Shown here piece after piece: positions 37,045 to 48,195 of a DNA stretch of 64,000 bases (position 1 is the first letter of the stretch; each line of letters starts with the position of its first letter). The stretch is from an uncultured Chitinophagaceae bacterium (GTDB lineage Bacteria; Bacteroidota; Bacteroidia; Chitinophagales; Chitinophagaceae), in assembly GCA_947085175.1 (NCBI GenBank), contig CAMTVJ010000004.1, forward strand, positions 150,541 to 214,540. Reading direction: 5' to 3'. The notes under the pieces were generated by a model that had not been told where the DNA came from, did not search any database, and was given only the letters and a program-made list of their open reading frames with translations. The position numbers and the translations under genes are program-made.

Positions 37045-37857
37045 ATGTCAATTGTAACGACAGCCAATGTCTCTGTTGAAAATTACTCTATTTGCTCTCT
37101 TTTTTTAAATCGTGAGGTAATTATTAATTGTTACCTCCCCAAAAATTACAAACAAAGTTCAAATCTCAGTTTATTATTGGTTAATGACGGACAGGATTTA
37201 GTTACCATGAATTTTGAAGAGATATTAAATAATTTGTTTGATGAGAATGAAATTGAAGGCTTAATATGTATAGGTATTCATTGTGCTTCTGACAGAAAGA
37301 ATGAGTATGGCACCGCTAAATATTTAGATTATAAAGGGAGAGGAGCTAAAGCAGCTTTATTTAACCGGTTTATTTTTGAAGAATTGATACCATTTATCCG
37401 AAGCAATTTTTCAATCTCCTCATTTAAAGAAAAAGCATTTGCAGGTTTTTCCCTTGGTGGATTATGTGCTTTAGATATTGTTTGGAATCAGCCGGCTGAG
37501 TTTAGTAAAGTTGGAGTTTTTAGTGGATCATTATGGTGGCGGGATAAAGATCAGGAAGATGTTGATTTTAATGAAGATACAGACCGCATAATGCATAGGC
37601 AAATTCGAGAATCAAGCCAATTTGCTCCCTGGTTGAAATTCTTTTTTGAAGTGGGAACCTTAGATGAAGTAGCTGACAGAAATAATAATGGTATCATTGA
37701 TGCCATTGATGATACCCAAAGTTTAATAGTTGAATTAAGAGAAAAAGGATACCCTAAAGAACATATTGAATACCTTGAATTAGAGGATGGGCGTCATGAT
37801 GTGATAACCTGGGCAAGAGCTTTTCCTTCCTTTTTAAAATGGGGTTGGGGTATTTAA
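37045..37857 (+). CDS. alpha/beta-hydrolase esterase (esterase D / enterochelin-esterase-like)
   Basis: 270 aa with nucleophile elbow 'AGFSLGG' and C-terminal 'GRHD' (catalytic His). Confidence 0.75.
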   Translation: MSIVTTANVSVENYSICSLFLNREVIINCYLPKNYKQSSNLSLLLVNDGQDLVTMNFEEILNNLFDENEIEGLICIGIHCASDRKNEYGTAKYLDYKGRGAKAALFNRFIFEELIPFIRSNFSISSFKEKAFAGFSLGGLCALDIVWNQPAEFSKVGVFSGSLWWRDKDQEDVDFNEDTDRIMHRQIRESSQFAPWLKFFFEVGTLDEVADRNNNGIIDAIDDTQSLIVELREKGYPKEHIEYLELEDGRHDVITWARAFPSFLKWGWGI

Positions 37858-37900
37858 TTGAATGAAAGTAAATAGTAAAAAGTTCACTTCAACAGAAATT

Positions 37901-37932
37901 AAAAAAGGCTATCAAATTTGATAGCCTTTTTT
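37901..37932. terminator. bidirectional terminator between convergent genes
   Basis: 'aaaaaaggctatc-aaattt-gatagcctttttt'. Confidence 0.75.
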
Positions 37933-37952
37933 AATTGTATTATTTATTAAGA

Positions 37953-40900
37953 TTAGAAGTTTAAGCGTAAGCCTAAGTTCATTCTCCAAGTATTACCAAC
38001 TGTAACAACACTTTGAAAAGTTTTAGTTGGTAAGGCACCACTTACAAGGTTCATACGGTAAGTAGCTGCTGTAGTAGCAGTAGGTGCTGCAGCTACAGCT
38101 AAAATAGCACCATTATTATAATTGGTTCTTTGACTTACTCCCCAATCTGAATTTAGTAAATTGGTAAAGTTCTCAACTTCCAAGCTAAACTGAAGACCGT
38201 AGTTTTTGTGCTTAGTTAATGGAAGAATGTCTTGTAATAATCTAAAATCTAACATACTCATCCAAGGCGCTTTAGCACCATTTCTAGCAGACATTTTTCC
38301 TTTCATTTTGCTCAAGTATTTATCTTGATCAACATAAGCAAAAAAGGCAGCACTTTGTTGCGCAGGAGTAAATGCACCATTTGTTACAAAGGTAATTTCA
38401 GATGCATCTTTTGGTACATAAATCAAATCGTTAGTACCAACACCATCTTGGTTATAGTCATTTGAGTATCTATAGCTAAAGCGAAATTGCTCAAAACCTT
38501 TATATACTAAAGTGAAAGTAGTGCTTGTGTACTTCATCCAATTTACTTTGTATGAGGCAAAAGCAATTACTCTGTTTGGAGTACCAAAATCACTATAAGC
38601 TAAATCTAAATCATTATTACCTCTTACACTTTGTATATTACTCCAAGCACTTGAAGCTTGAGAACCAGGGTTTCCACTAATATCAAATGATTCAGTATGT
38701 GTATATGCAACAGATAAATCCCAATTTTTGCTAAATCTCTTTGAAATTTGAGCAGTGAAAATGCCTTGTCCTCCTTTATGAGTATTGGCTAATACCATTG
38801 CTTCAGCAATAGCTGGATTGTATCTACGAGTTGCATTTGAATTGCCAAACAAAGGACGTCCGCCTGGCCCAAATGTAGTTCCAATTGGATTTCTTTGGTT
38901 AGCATTGTATTGCATGATATTATTAATATCTCTGTTTACAATACCTTCTAATGAAATAGTCCAATCTTTTCCTAATTTTTTATCAACAGCAGCACTAATT
39001 CTCATTACCTGCGGCATTCTAAAATCAGGAGATGCAGTAGCAATAGAGCCTGGAGATGATGTTCCTGGAGCCGATGGGAAATTACCTACATAAGCCATAG
39101 GATTAGGATTAAACAAATAACCAGATAAACCTGTAGTTAACTCAACAGTATTTTGAATTACACCACTGTTGGTAGGTTGGTTGGTAAACCAAACAAATGG
39201 GAATCTACCAGTAAATACACCAAATCCACCTCTAACAATGAAATCTTTTGTGCCATTTACATCCCAGTTAAATCCAATACGAGGGCTGATATAAGTTCTT
39301 TCTTTAGGCCATTTGCTAACATCTAAATTAAGTGGTTTGCCATTTAAGTCTGCAAAAGTTAAAGCAGAAATAGCAGGGTTGTTAGTTAAATTGTTCTGAA
39401 ACAATGGTCTGTCAGCTCTTAAACCTAATGTTAATTTAAACTTCTCATTAAATTTAATTTCATCCTGGAAGTATAAACTTGCCTGACCAAAATCTAATTC
39501 AACAAAAGGCTTTTGTCCTGCATATGGATAAGTTAATCCAAAAGCAGTAGGAGCTTGGTTAGTTAAGAAATCAGATACAGAAGCAAAACGGTAATAACTT
39601 GTACCGTAGCGCAAGAACTGATTCTTTACATAAATGTTTTCGTAAGCAGCACCTGCAGTGATAACATGTTTACCAGTATTGTAAGTAACATTATTATTAA
39701 TGGTTAAGGTATTGTTTTGAACTTCATTTCCAAAACTAAAAAGTTCATAACCTGCACTTATATAATTATCCCCACCATTCCAAATATCTATGAAAGGGAA
39801 ATCAGAAGATTTGCTGCTTCTTTTAGGATCATTAGCTTCTGTATAAGTAGCAATGAATTGGTTAGATAAGCGTGAGTTGAAATTACTCTTAAATTCAAAA
39901 GCATAAGAAGAAAGTACATTGGTATTAGCATAGTTCGAATTCTCATAACTCATACTATTTACACTCCATCTGTTACTTGCAGCTCTTGGATTGGGAGCAC
40001 TATTTCCATTCAATAACTGATCGTCTTCAGTTTTTGAATAGTTATATCTAACAGAAGCTGAATGCTTGCTATTGATAATCCAGTCTAATCTTCCTAAAAT
40101 CTTCCTATTAGTAGTTAAGAAATTACCAAGATTCTCATATGGACCTGTTTCATAACCATACCTTGATTTAAGGTAAGTACTTACTGCATCTAAATCAGTA
40201 GCTTGAGTTCTTGATTCATTCGGGTCTGTTGTAGCAGCACCACGTCTAGCTTTCCACTGTACACCTGGTACATCTACATCAACCGTTTCTCCACTTACAA
40301 AGAAGAATAATTTATTTTTGATAATTGGACCACCAATTAAAGCACCTTTAATTTTAGATGAAGATTCTACTACTGTAGGAACTTTTTGACCTACAGCTTC
40401 TCTTCCCAAAAAGCCTTCGTTTCTGTAAAATCCATAAACAGAACCTCTGAATTTGTTAGTACCTTTTTTAGTGGTAGCATTAATACCAGCACCAGTAAAA
40501 TTAGCTTGACGAACGTCAAAAGGAGCAATGTTTACAGAAATTTCATCAATCGCATCAATTGAAATTGGCTGAATAGCACCTCCAGGTAATGGACTGCTAC
40601 TTAAACCAAAATTGTTATTGAAGCTAGCTCCATCAATTTGGATATTATTCATACGGCCATCTCTTCCACCAAATGAATTATTTCCACCAGCTTGTGGAGT
40701 TAAATTAGCAAGGTTGGTAATGCTACGGTTGATATTTGGCATACTGTTAATCACTCTTTGATTAAAGTTGCTTGAAGTACCAGTTTTTATAGTACGAGAT
40801 ACTTGGCTGCTAATTACAACTTCTTCCAATAGATTGGATTGAGTTACAGCTGCAAAATCCAAAACCTCAGTATTACCAAGTTGTAGAATAACACCAGTTT

Positions 40901-41174
40901 TTTCTGGGATAGTTAATCCTACAAAACTTGCTGTAACGGTATAAGGACCGCCTGCATCTAAGTTTGGAATAAAATAACGTCCGGTTTTGTCTGTTTTAGA
41001 CATTTTAACCGCACCATTTAGATTGTTTACAACTCTAATAGTTGCACCATCTAAATTTTCGCCTTTGGCTCCCTTTACATATCCACTAATTTCAGAGGTT
41101 GTAACCTGTGCACTTAAGGCAAAAGGGAAAATTAAGAGTAACGTAAATAAACGTACAATTTTGTTCATTCTCAT
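37953..41174 (-). CDS. TonB-dependent outer-membrane receptor with N-terminal carboxypeptidase-regulatory-like domain (Oar-like)
   Basis: 1073 aa with a signal peptide, a 'GYVKGAKGENLDGATIRVVN' CarbopepD_reg-like domain, plug and barrel, and a terminal '...LGLRLNF'. No adjacent SusD-like gene. Confidence 0.88.
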   Translation of the reverse strand: MRMNKIVRLFTLLLIFPFALSAQVTTSEISGYVKGAKGENLDGATIRVVNNLNGAVKMSKTDKTGRYFIPNLDAGGPYTVTASFVGLTIPEKTGVILQLGNTEVLDFAAVTQSNLLEEVVISSQVSRTIKTGTSSNFNQRVINSMPNINRSITNLANLTPQAGGNNSFGGRDGRMNNIQIDGASFNNNFGLSSSPLPGGAIQPISIDAIDEISVNIAPFDVRQANFTGAGINATTKKGTNKFRGSVYGFYRNEGFLGREAVGQKVPTVVESSSKIKGALIGGPIIKNKLFFFVSGETVDVDVPGVQWKARRGAATTDPNESRTQATDLDAVSTYLKSRYGYETGPYENLGNFLTTNRKILGRLDWIINSKHSASVRYNYSKTEDDQLLNGNSAPNPRAASNRWSVNSMSYENSNYANTNVLSSYAFEFKSNFNSRLSNQFIATYTEANDPKRSSKSSDFPFIDIWNGGDNYISAGYELFSFGNEVQNNTLTINNNVTYNTGKHVITAGAAYENIYVKNQFLRYGTSYYRFASVSDFLTNQAPTAFGLTYPYAGQKPFVELDFGQASLYFQDEIKFNEKFKLTLGLRADRPLFQNNLTNNPAISALTFADLNGKPLNLDVSKWPKERTYISPRIGFNWDVNGTKDFIVRGGFGVFTGRFPFVWFTNQPTNSGVIQNTVELTTGLSGYLFNPNPMAYVGNFPSAPGTSSPGSIATASPDFRMPQVMRISAAVDKKLGKDWTISLEGIVNRDINNIMQYNANQRNPIGTTFGPGGRPLFGNSNATRRYNPAIAEAMVLANTHKGGQGIFTAQISKRFSKNWDLSVAYTHTESFDISGNPGSQASSAWSNIQSVRGNNDLDLAYSDFGTPNRVIAFASYKVNWMKYTSTTFTLVYKGFEQFRFSYRYSNDYNQDGVGTNDLIYVPKDASEITFVTNGAFTPAQQSAAFFAYVDQDKYLSKMKGKMSARNGAKAPWMSMLDFRLLQDILPLTKHKNYGLQFSLEVENFTNLLNSDWGVSQRTNYNNGAILAVAAAPTATTAATYRMNLVSGALPTKTFQSVVTVGNTWRMNLGLRLNF

Positions 41175-41469
41175 AATATGATTGTTTTACGGTGGCAAAG
41201 AAACTAAATAAAAGTTGAAATCTATCAACTTTTATTAACAAATTATTAGGCAATTATATCTAGTAATTGGTTACTTCTTAAAAAGTAAATTAATTAATCA
41301 TAGGCATACTACAAAATTGATTTAACTAAAGCTTAAAATCATTTTCTATATATGATATTTTACTATAATTACTTAATGGGGTAATATTTTAAAATACCAG
41401 CTTTTATTTTTTTAAAATATCCCATTTAAGTTTTACCAATTACGAAAATTGAAAACTTTTAAAACACAC

Positions 41470-41477
41470 TAACTTTG
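41470..41477 (+). promoter_or_regulatory. putative -7 box TAACTTTG upstream of ribBA
   Basis: Matches TAnnTTTG, 21 nt upstream of ATG 41498. Confidence 0.4.
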
Positions 41478-41497
41478 CAGCTTATTAAACCCAAATT

Positions 41498-42703
41498 ATG
41501 TTAGATAGTATAGAAAGTGCCATTGAAGATATCAGAAACGGGAAAATGATTATTGTTGTTGATGATGAGGATAGAGAAAATGAAGGTGATTTTGTTACAG
41601 CTGCTGAAAATGTAACTGCAGAAGCCATCAATTTTATGAGCAAAAATGGCAGGGGGTTAATATGTGCCGCCATTACAGAAGAAAGATGTAACGAATTGGA
41701 TTTACAACCGATGGTTACCAATAATACTTCCTTGCATGAAACTGCTTTTACAATAAGTGTAGACTTAATTGGCCAAGGCTGCACAACTGGGATCTCGGCA
41801 CTTGATAGAGCCAAAACCATTCAAGCTTTAATTAATCCTAAAACTAAAGCAGAAGATTTAGGGAGGCCGGGGCATATTTTTCCACTAAAAGCTAAGAAAG
41901 GAGGTGTTTTGCGTAGGGCCGGTCATACCGAAGCCACTATCGACTTTGCACAATTGGCAGGTTTTGCTCCTGCAGGTGCATTAGTAGAGATTATGAATGA
42001 AGATGGTACTATGGCCAGATTGCCTCAATTGAGAGAAATTGCCAAGAAATTTGATTTGAAGCTCGTGTCAATTAAAGACTTAATTGAATTCAAATTAAAT
42101 AAGGAAAGCCTTATAAAAGAAGAAATAAGAGTACAATTGCCTACAAAATTTGGAGATTTTGAATTGGTGGCATTTGAACAAATTAATACCGGAGAAATTC
42201 ATTTGGCATTAAAAAAGGGAGAATGGACAAGTGATGAACCAGTTTTGGTAAGGGTGCATAGTAGTTGTATGACGGGTGATATTCTGGGTTCTTTACGGTG
42301 TGATTGTGGCGATCAACTACATCAAGCTATGCAAATGATTGAAATTGAAGGAAAAGGACTAGTACTGTATATGAACCAGGAAGGAAGAGGAATTGGACTG
42401 GTGAATAAATTAAAAGCCTATAAATTACAGGAAGAAGGAATGGATACAGTTGAAGCCAACCTGGAGTTAGGGTTTGATATGGATGAAAGAGACTATGGAA
42501 TAGGGGCACAGATTTTAAGACATATGGGTATTAGTAAAATGAAATTGTTGAGTAACAACCCTCGTAAACGGGCCGGATTACTTGGATACGGTTTAGAAGT
42601 AGTGGAAAATATTCAAATTGAAATAAAGTCGAACCCCCACAACGAAAAATATTTAAAAACCAAAAGAGATAAATTAGGGCACGAAATTTTAAATGGACAT
42701 TAA
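41498..42703 (+). CDS. ribBA: bifunctional 3,4-dihydroxy-2-butanone-4-phosphate synthase / GTP cyclohydrolase II
   Basis: 401 aa. N-domain '[13 protein letters not shown]', C-domain zinc site 'LRCDCGDQL' and '[12 protein letters not shown]'. Confidence 0.93.
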   Translation: MLDSIESAIEDIRNGKMIIVVDDEDRENEGDFVTAAENVTAEAINFMSKNGRGLICAAITEERCNELDLQPMVTNNTSLHETAFTISVDLIGQGCTTGISALDRAKTIQALINPKTKAEDLGRPGHIFPLKAKKGGVLRRAGHTEATIDFAQLAGFAPAGALVEIMNEDGTMARLPQLREIAKKFDLKLVSIKDLIEFKLNKESLIKEEIRVQLPTKFGDFELVAFEQINTGEIHLALKKGEWTSDEPVLVRVHSSCMTGDILGSLRCDCGDQLHQAMQMIEIEGKGLVLYMNQEGRGIGLVNKLKAYKLQEEGMDTVEANLELGFDMDERDYGIGAQILRHMGISKMKLLSNNPRKRAGLLGYGLEVVENIQIEIKSNPHNEKYLKTKRDKLGHEILNGH

Positions 42704-45700
42704 TCCATACCTTTTTTAGCCAATCTAATTTTTCTTTTTTCTTCATTGGGTGCAAACAATTCCGAGAATTTGTCAAAATCACTACGGTAACTTAAACTAA
42801 TACCTTGTCGGTTTCTTTGCCCCAAAGTAAAATCAAGGTTGGTTCTTCTAAAGCCAACTATTCTTAATTTTCCATCTTTACTTAATAACCATTCTGCTGT
42901 AAAATCTGGTGTTAGTAATAAATTAGAGGTGGCCAAGTAGGGATTATTATAATCAAGGTTTCCGCCTAAAGAAACAATGAGTTTATTATTAAAATAGCTT
43001 TTTGTGATTCCTAATTTTACAGCTCCTTGTAATTGCGAAGTGCTGTTCCTTAAATCCAAACTTGAGTTTACATCAAAATAAGAGGTAATGGTATTGTCAT
43101 TTAAAGCTTTTTGTAAAAATTTACTGAATGTTGAAGTTAGTGCACTTGATAAAAGCTGACCAATACTGTTTGCTGCTAATGCCAATGTATTATCACTATT
43201 CAAAAAACCTTCATTTTCGGAAATGAAAGTATTTAACAAAAGCAAAGAAGCTACTTGTTTCAACATTTCATTTTTATCATTTTTGATATCTTCTAGTTTT
43301 TTCATTGCAATAAAATCCCTTTCTACATTTTCGGGTAAAACAAAGTCAAAGCTTACTTCGGGCTTGTTTAATACACCTGTTAAATGCGAAACAATAGTGA
43401 TATCGCTTTTTTGTTTAAAAGAAGAGGAGATGCTTCTTAGGTCAATATTTTTTGCTAAATATTCTGCATCAATATTTATTCGAGCCAAATAAGGATCTCC
43501 ATTCCAAACAATTGAACCCTGTTTGATGGTAAAGTATTTTTTAAGAAAGGTTTGAAAATTAAAAGTGTATTCCCCTTCCTTAATATCAAAATGCCCTCGC
43601 ATAGTTAACGGCTCTCTTGTACCCACTTGAATATTTAATTGCCCAGTGCCTTTTCCTTTAATAATATCGCCTAATGCCTCATCCAATATCACATCAATTT
43701 GACAAGCCGGATTGGCAGCTAAATTCATATTGAGGAAAAAGTTGGTTTCTCTACGACTTTTAAACTCATCTTCCATTTTAGTTCCGTACTCAATAAATTG
43801 TATATAATCAATCTTACCAATTTCCTTGCTGCTACCAGTTGGTATATATATGTGGCTACTGTCTACAGAGGAAGGTTGACCAGTAATATCAATTTTCATA
43901 TCAGTAATTGGCCCAGTAAGTTTCATAAAAGCTTGGCCAATTACTTTGCCATAAAACTGGCTATTGTCTTTTTTAGTGGTATTTAGCAACAACATTTTGC
44001 CAGTTTCAAACCGAAGGTTATCAAAAGAAAAATCATTGAAAAAATTATGATGCATTTTACCCGAAGCGGTTCCTGTATTATTTAATGTATCAATTAATCG
44101 AAGGGTTCCCAAGTCAATTTCATCGGGATTGAACTGGATGATTTCATTATTAAAACTGTATTTACATTGTGTGTACTTTACAACCAAAGAGCCTTTTGGA
44201 ATCGTTACTGAGCCTGTAATATAACGATGGTCATTGCCACCTGATAGTTTTAAATTACTTTGTACAACACCAGTCATATTGCTAAAAACATCGCCCAAAT
44301 ATTTATCCAATAAACTAATATCAAATTTCTCTGCAATGAAAGCGATATCCATTTGGCTTTGAGTCGTATCCTTATAATTGTAACTTCCATCAATATTAAA
44401 TTTGAACAATTCTCCATTGGCATCAGCCTTAAGTTTAATTAATCCCGATGTTAAATTTACATTGCCCTTTACATTTAATTTACCAATGGCTTTGTTTTCG
44501 AATCTAAAATCATCTACATAAGCATCATATTCAATAAGCTGTTTTCCAAATGGGTCTATTAATTTAAGTGTACCTGTTAATTCACCTTCAAGCCTAGGAT
44601 CGGTAAGTATAAACGGAACAAAATCGTTAATGATTACTTTTTTAAGGTTAGCAACAATATTGGTATGATCTAATAATTCATCCAATTCGGTGTTAATAAC
44701 AATCTCTTGATTACCCGAACTAAATTTTACATCTTCAGCCTCTATTAAATTCCTTCTTAAAGTAAGGTGTCCATTTTTTGCTAAATTCCATTTCTTGTCG
44801 TTGAATATAAAAGAAGAAGGAGAGAAGTTTATTTTTACACCATCAGTAAGTGTTTGTACCTGTGCATTCAATTGGGCTTCGCTTAATGTATTACTGGCAC
44901 TGGTAGTTAATTGTAGGTCGGTAAAATCATTCTTTGAAGTAAAAACCAATTTGGTTTTTGGGAGTTGAATGCTATCTGTTAAAATGATATTAAAAACAGT
45001 TACTTCTGTTTTTAATTCTTCAAGATTACCTTTTCCTGTTAAACTGATATTCTGAAATATTCTTCCGTCGTAGCTGAATTCAGGCACAGAGGCGGTTATG
45101 TTCAATTCGTTTTTTGCTAATTTCAAATTACCTGAAAACTCCGAATTATTAAATCCACTTAATTTTTTATCCAACAGATGTATATAATCATCCACCTGAT
45201 TAGTTTTTATCCTGAAAGTAAAATCCTGATCGCTGATGTTTCTGGTTGATTTAGGTACATAAGCAGGGTAGTATCTGTTTAAGAAAACTTTAAAAGCATC
45301 TGGTAATTCAAGTATTTGAAATTTACCTGTAAGGTTCCCTTCTACTTCATTAGATTGAAAGCGAAGTATTTTATTCTCTTCATACTGCTCGGAGTAAATG
45401 GCTAATGAATCAAAAGATAATCTTTTGCTCCCTTGTAATAAATTTGCATCAAACACTTTTGCCGATCCTAAAAAGTTATCGATGTTTGAGCCAACAAAAT
45501 CAAATTTTAATCTACCCGAAAAATTAAACTCATCTTTAGTTAAATTCAATTTTTGCAAATTGGCGTATTTCAAAAAAGCATCAAAATTAAAACTAGTTTT
45601 TTCACCTGCCAAGCTAATTGCTCCATTCAGGTTTTCAATTTTTAAATTAGGGTCATCAATATCCAATTGGCCAGTAAATAAGTTTTTTACAAAATTACCT

Positions 45701-47496
45701 TTTGCAGTTATGTTTTGATATGAGTAATTGGCAAATTCCAGTAAGTGAATTTTGCCATCGAAAGAAGTATTAAGATCTTTACTATTAAAACCACTTCCTT
45801 TTACTTTTCCATCAAGCGAAATTTTACCAAGCTGATATTTGTTTAAAAGTTTCCCTAATTGAAATCCATTGGAAGATATTTTGCCAGAATAAGTTGGGGT
45901 TTTGCCTGTTGGCAATTTCATATTTAGGTCGGCATTGAGGTTGCCAAGATTTGTAGAAACATTACCATAGGTTACAAAGTCATTAAGGAAACCTGTAAAG
46001 TTACCTTTAAATCTAATGTTTCCTAATTGCCTTAATTGCGATTGTCCTACTGTTTTTAAGGTAGGAACAAGGATAACTAAGTCGTTATAATTTGTACTTG
46101 AATTATTTGACTTAAAATCGATAAAGGTAGTCCAGATGTCAGGCAATCCTTTTAATGTAATATCACCGTCAACAGTGGTGTTGCCACTTTTTAATATCAT
46201 TTTGGTAGCCGATAAATTATCGATGGTGCCCTTTGCTTTTCCCGAAAAAGTAAATAACCTGTTCCAGGGTTTAAGCTCGGGGGCAAAGTAAGCAATATCA
46301 TCACTATGAATTTTGCTGTCTGCAAAATGGCCTTCCAGTTTTACCCGTTGCATGAACCTGCTCATATCGGCATTAAAATCTTTAAACCGCATAGAATAGT
46401 AATTACCCAGTCTGCTTTTAGGAGTAATTATTTCTAAATCATTAAATTCCATCATTTCAGATGTTACCAGCATACGGGATTGTAGCTTTTTAACTTCAAA
46501 TCCACTTTTTTCTATTGTAGATAAACTAATTTCATTTGTGAGCGAATCGTTGGCTAGGTTTACATTCTTTATATCAGCATTTATTTTTCCAAACTGAAAA
46601 TGTTGTCCATCAAAATGGTGAGTAAAAGCAAGTCGTTCTGTTGCCTGTTCATTAATAAATGTTCCATCTTTTATTGAAATAGTTTTTGCCGATAATTGCC
46701 AACCAGTTGTAATTTCTTTACCCTTTTCCTCATTCAATCCTTTGGAGAGAAGTTTTATTATTTGATTGGGAATTGGCCGGTTTCCGGTGTAATCATTAAT
46801 CGAGAATAGAGGTTCTACGATCGATATATTATTTATAGCAACAATTTTTTTATTTAAATCAATAACATCTGCCAATAGGTCAAGCTTTTTTAATGTACCA
46901 GTCATATTTTGACCAACCCATTTGTCTTTATAATTAAACCTGATATTGTTTAATTCTAATTCTTTTAAGTCAAGGGCTATGTTGTTTTTGTTGCTAGGTT
47001 TTGCTGACTTTGGAACAGAAAAGTAATCAATCAGGAACTGATAATTCCAAATAGAATCGGTCCGGTTCATATTTATCACTGCATCTATAAGGCCAGCATG
47101 AGAAATATTTATTTTATTGTTGAGGAAAAACCAATCCGTAAGATTAACCTTAAGTATTCCGGCATAAAGCAGCGTGTCTTTATTTCTGTCTTCTACTAAA
47201 ACTCCTTTAAAAAGAATTTTATTGAACAAAGTAAAATCAACATGGTTTACTTCTACTTTGGTATTAAGGTTTTGAGACAGAACAGTTGTAGCTTTTTTAA
47301 CCAACCAGTTTTGAACCGAGTTTACATGTAATAAACCCCAAGTGAACACAACAAAGAATATCAATGTTAGAAAAAAGCCTATCCTATGTTTGTGTTTTTT
47401 AAAAACAAATGACCAAGCCGTGGCTAATCCGAGTATTAATAATATGAACAATAATGAAGAGGCTGGATAAACATACAGGAATAGCAATACAAACAA
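42700..47496 (-). CDS. tamB: translocation and assembly module protein TamB (DUF490)
   Basis: 1598 aa with an N-terminal TM anchor, a long beta-rich body and a DUF490-like C-terminus. There is no in-frame ATG near the N-terminus; candidate TTG starts lie at 47496, 47487 and 47451. Its stop overlaps the ribBA stop (TTAA). Confidence 0.8.
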   Translation of the reverse strand: MFVLLFLYVYPASSLLFILLILGLATAWSFVFKKHKHRIGFFLTLIFFVVFTWGLLHVNSVQNWLVKKATTVLSQNLNTKVEVNHVDFTLFNKILFKGVLVEDRNKDTLLYAGILKVNLTDWFFLNNKINISHAGLIDAVINMNRTDSIWNYQFLIDYFSVPKSAKPSNKNNIALDLKELELNNIRFNYKDKWVGQNMTGTLKKLDLLADVIDLNKKIVAINNISIVEPLFSINDYTGNRPIPNQIIKLLSKGLNEEKGKEITTGWQLSAKTISIKDGTFINEQATERLAFTHHFDGQHFQFGKINADIKNVNLANDSLTNEISLSTIEKSGFEVKKLQSRMLVTSEMMEFNDLEIITPKSRLGNYYSMRFKDFNADMSRFMQRVKLEGHFADSKIHSDDIAYFAPELKPWNRLFTFSGKAKGTIDNLSATKMILKSGNTTVDGDITLKGLPDIWTTFIDFKSNNSSTNYNDLVILVPTLKTVGQSQLRQLGNIRFKGNFTGFLNDFVTYGNVSTNLGNLNADLNMKLPTGKTPTYSGKISSNGFQLGKLLNKYQLGKISLDGKVKGSGFNSKDLNTSFDGKIHLLEFANYSYQNITAKGNFVKNLFTGQLDIDDPNLKIENLNGAISLAGEKTSFNFDAFLKYANLQKLNLTKDEFNFSGRLKFDFVGSNIDNFLGSAKVFDANLLQGSKRLSFDSLAIYSEQYEENKILRFQSNEVEGNLTGKFQILELPDAFKVFLNRYYPAYVPKSTRNISDQDFTFRIKTNQVDDYIHLLDKKLSGFNNSEFSGNLKLAKNELNITASVPEFSYDGRIFQNISLTGKGNLEELKTEVTVFNIILTDSIQLPKTKLVFTSKNDFTDLQLTTSASNTLSEAQLNAQVQTLTDGVKINFSPSSFIFNDKKWNLAKNGHLTLRRNLIEAEDVKFSSGNQEIVINTELDELLDHTNIVANLKKVIINDFVPFILTDPRLEGELTGTLKLIDPFGKQLIEYDAYVDDFRFENKAIGKLNVKGNVNLTSGLIKLKADANGELFKFNIDGSYNYKDTTQSQMDIAFIAEKFDISLLDKYLGDVFSNMTGVVQSNLKLSGGNDHRYITGSVTIPKGSLVVKYTQCKYSFNNEIIQFNPDEIDLGTLRLIDTLNNTGTASGKMHHNFFNDFSFDNLRFETGKMLLLNTTKKDNSQFYGKVIGQAFMKLTGPITDMKIDITGQPSSVDSSHIYIPTGSSKEIGKIDYIQFIEYGTKMEDEFKSRRETNFFLNMNLAANPACQIDVILDEALGDIIKGKGTGQLNIQVGTREPLTMRGHFDIKEGEYTFNFQTFLKKYFTIKQGSIVWNGDPYLARINIDAEYLAKNIDLRSISSSFKQKSDITIVSHLTGVLNKPEVSFDFVLPENVERDFIAMKKLEDIKNDKNEMLKQVASLLLLNTFISENEGFLNSDNTLALAANSIGQLLSSALTSTFSKFLQKALNDNTITSYFDVNSSLDLRNSTSQLQGAVKLGITKSYFNNKLIVSLGGNLDYNNPYLATSNLLLTPDFTAEWLLSKDGKLRIVGFRRTNLDFTLGQRNRQGISLSYRSDFDKFSELFAPNEEKRKIRLAKKGMD

Positions 47497-47649
47497 CAGC
47501 CAAAAAAGCAGTGTAAGTGAAAACCATTTTAGTATGTTCAGAATTCTTTGCAGGGTTATGTATTAGTTGTAAAAATAGTTAATCGGAGTGTATAGACAAA
47601 TACGATACCAAAATTTACATGAATTTTATAAATAAGCAGTTGCGTTTTT

Positions 47650-48174
47650 TTAAGGCTTCATTTTTTTGTTAAACTCATTGGATTTCCCTTTTGGAATTGA
47701 AAGGCTTTGCCAGTCATTGTCTTTAATAATTTTGGCGATGAAAATGATTTGACCTACATGATAGGGATAATGTGCCATCTGCCTGTTAATGGCATCAATA
47801 GCAGAGAGTCCTTCGCATCTGATATAAATAATTTTTAAAAGGTCTTCTTCAGTTAAGGATTGCAATGTACCTAAAAAACAAGCCCATCCCTTTTGCCAAT
47901 AAGCCATCATTTCTTCACGAGATTGATTTTGAATTTCAAACTCAGTATCTCTTTGGCGCCAATCCTTTTCCCCGTCAGTGGTTAAAAAATCAGTCCACCG
48001 GCTGAGCATATTACCAGCCATATGATTTATAATGATGGCTATACTGTTGTTTTCTGGGTTGGGTTGAAAATGAAAATCTCTGTCCTTTAATTGATCAAAA
48101 GCTTTTTCACCCAGTTCCTTATAATAGGTAAGTCGGTTAATAGCTGAGTTAAGAAATGTATTTCCTACTGTCAT
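47650..48174 (-). CDS. DinB-superfamily protein (DUF1572-like)
   Basis: 174-aa four-helix pattern with His ligands in 'INHMAGN' and 'AHYPYHVGQI'. Confidence 0.7.
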   Translation of the reverse strand: MTVGNTFLNSAINRLTYYKELGEKAFDQLKDRDFHFQPNPENNSIAIIINHMAGNMLSRWTDFLTTDGEKDWRQRDTEFEIQNQSREEMMAYWQKGWACFLGTLQSLTEEDLLKIIYIRCEGLSAIDAINRQMAHYPYHVGQIIFIAKIIKDNDWQSLSIPKGKSNEFNKKMKP

Positions 48175-48195
48175 TTTGATTGGTTTTATTAATAC

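Noticed and set aside
41175-41497. Looked for an FMN (RFN) riboswitch upstream of ribBA and for a cobalamin or other riboswitch upstream of the divergent TonB-dependent receptor.
   Set aside because: The 323-nt region is extremely AT-rich. It has none of the G-rich conserved cores of those riboswitches, and no B12 box. Only a TAACTTTG -7 box is supportable.
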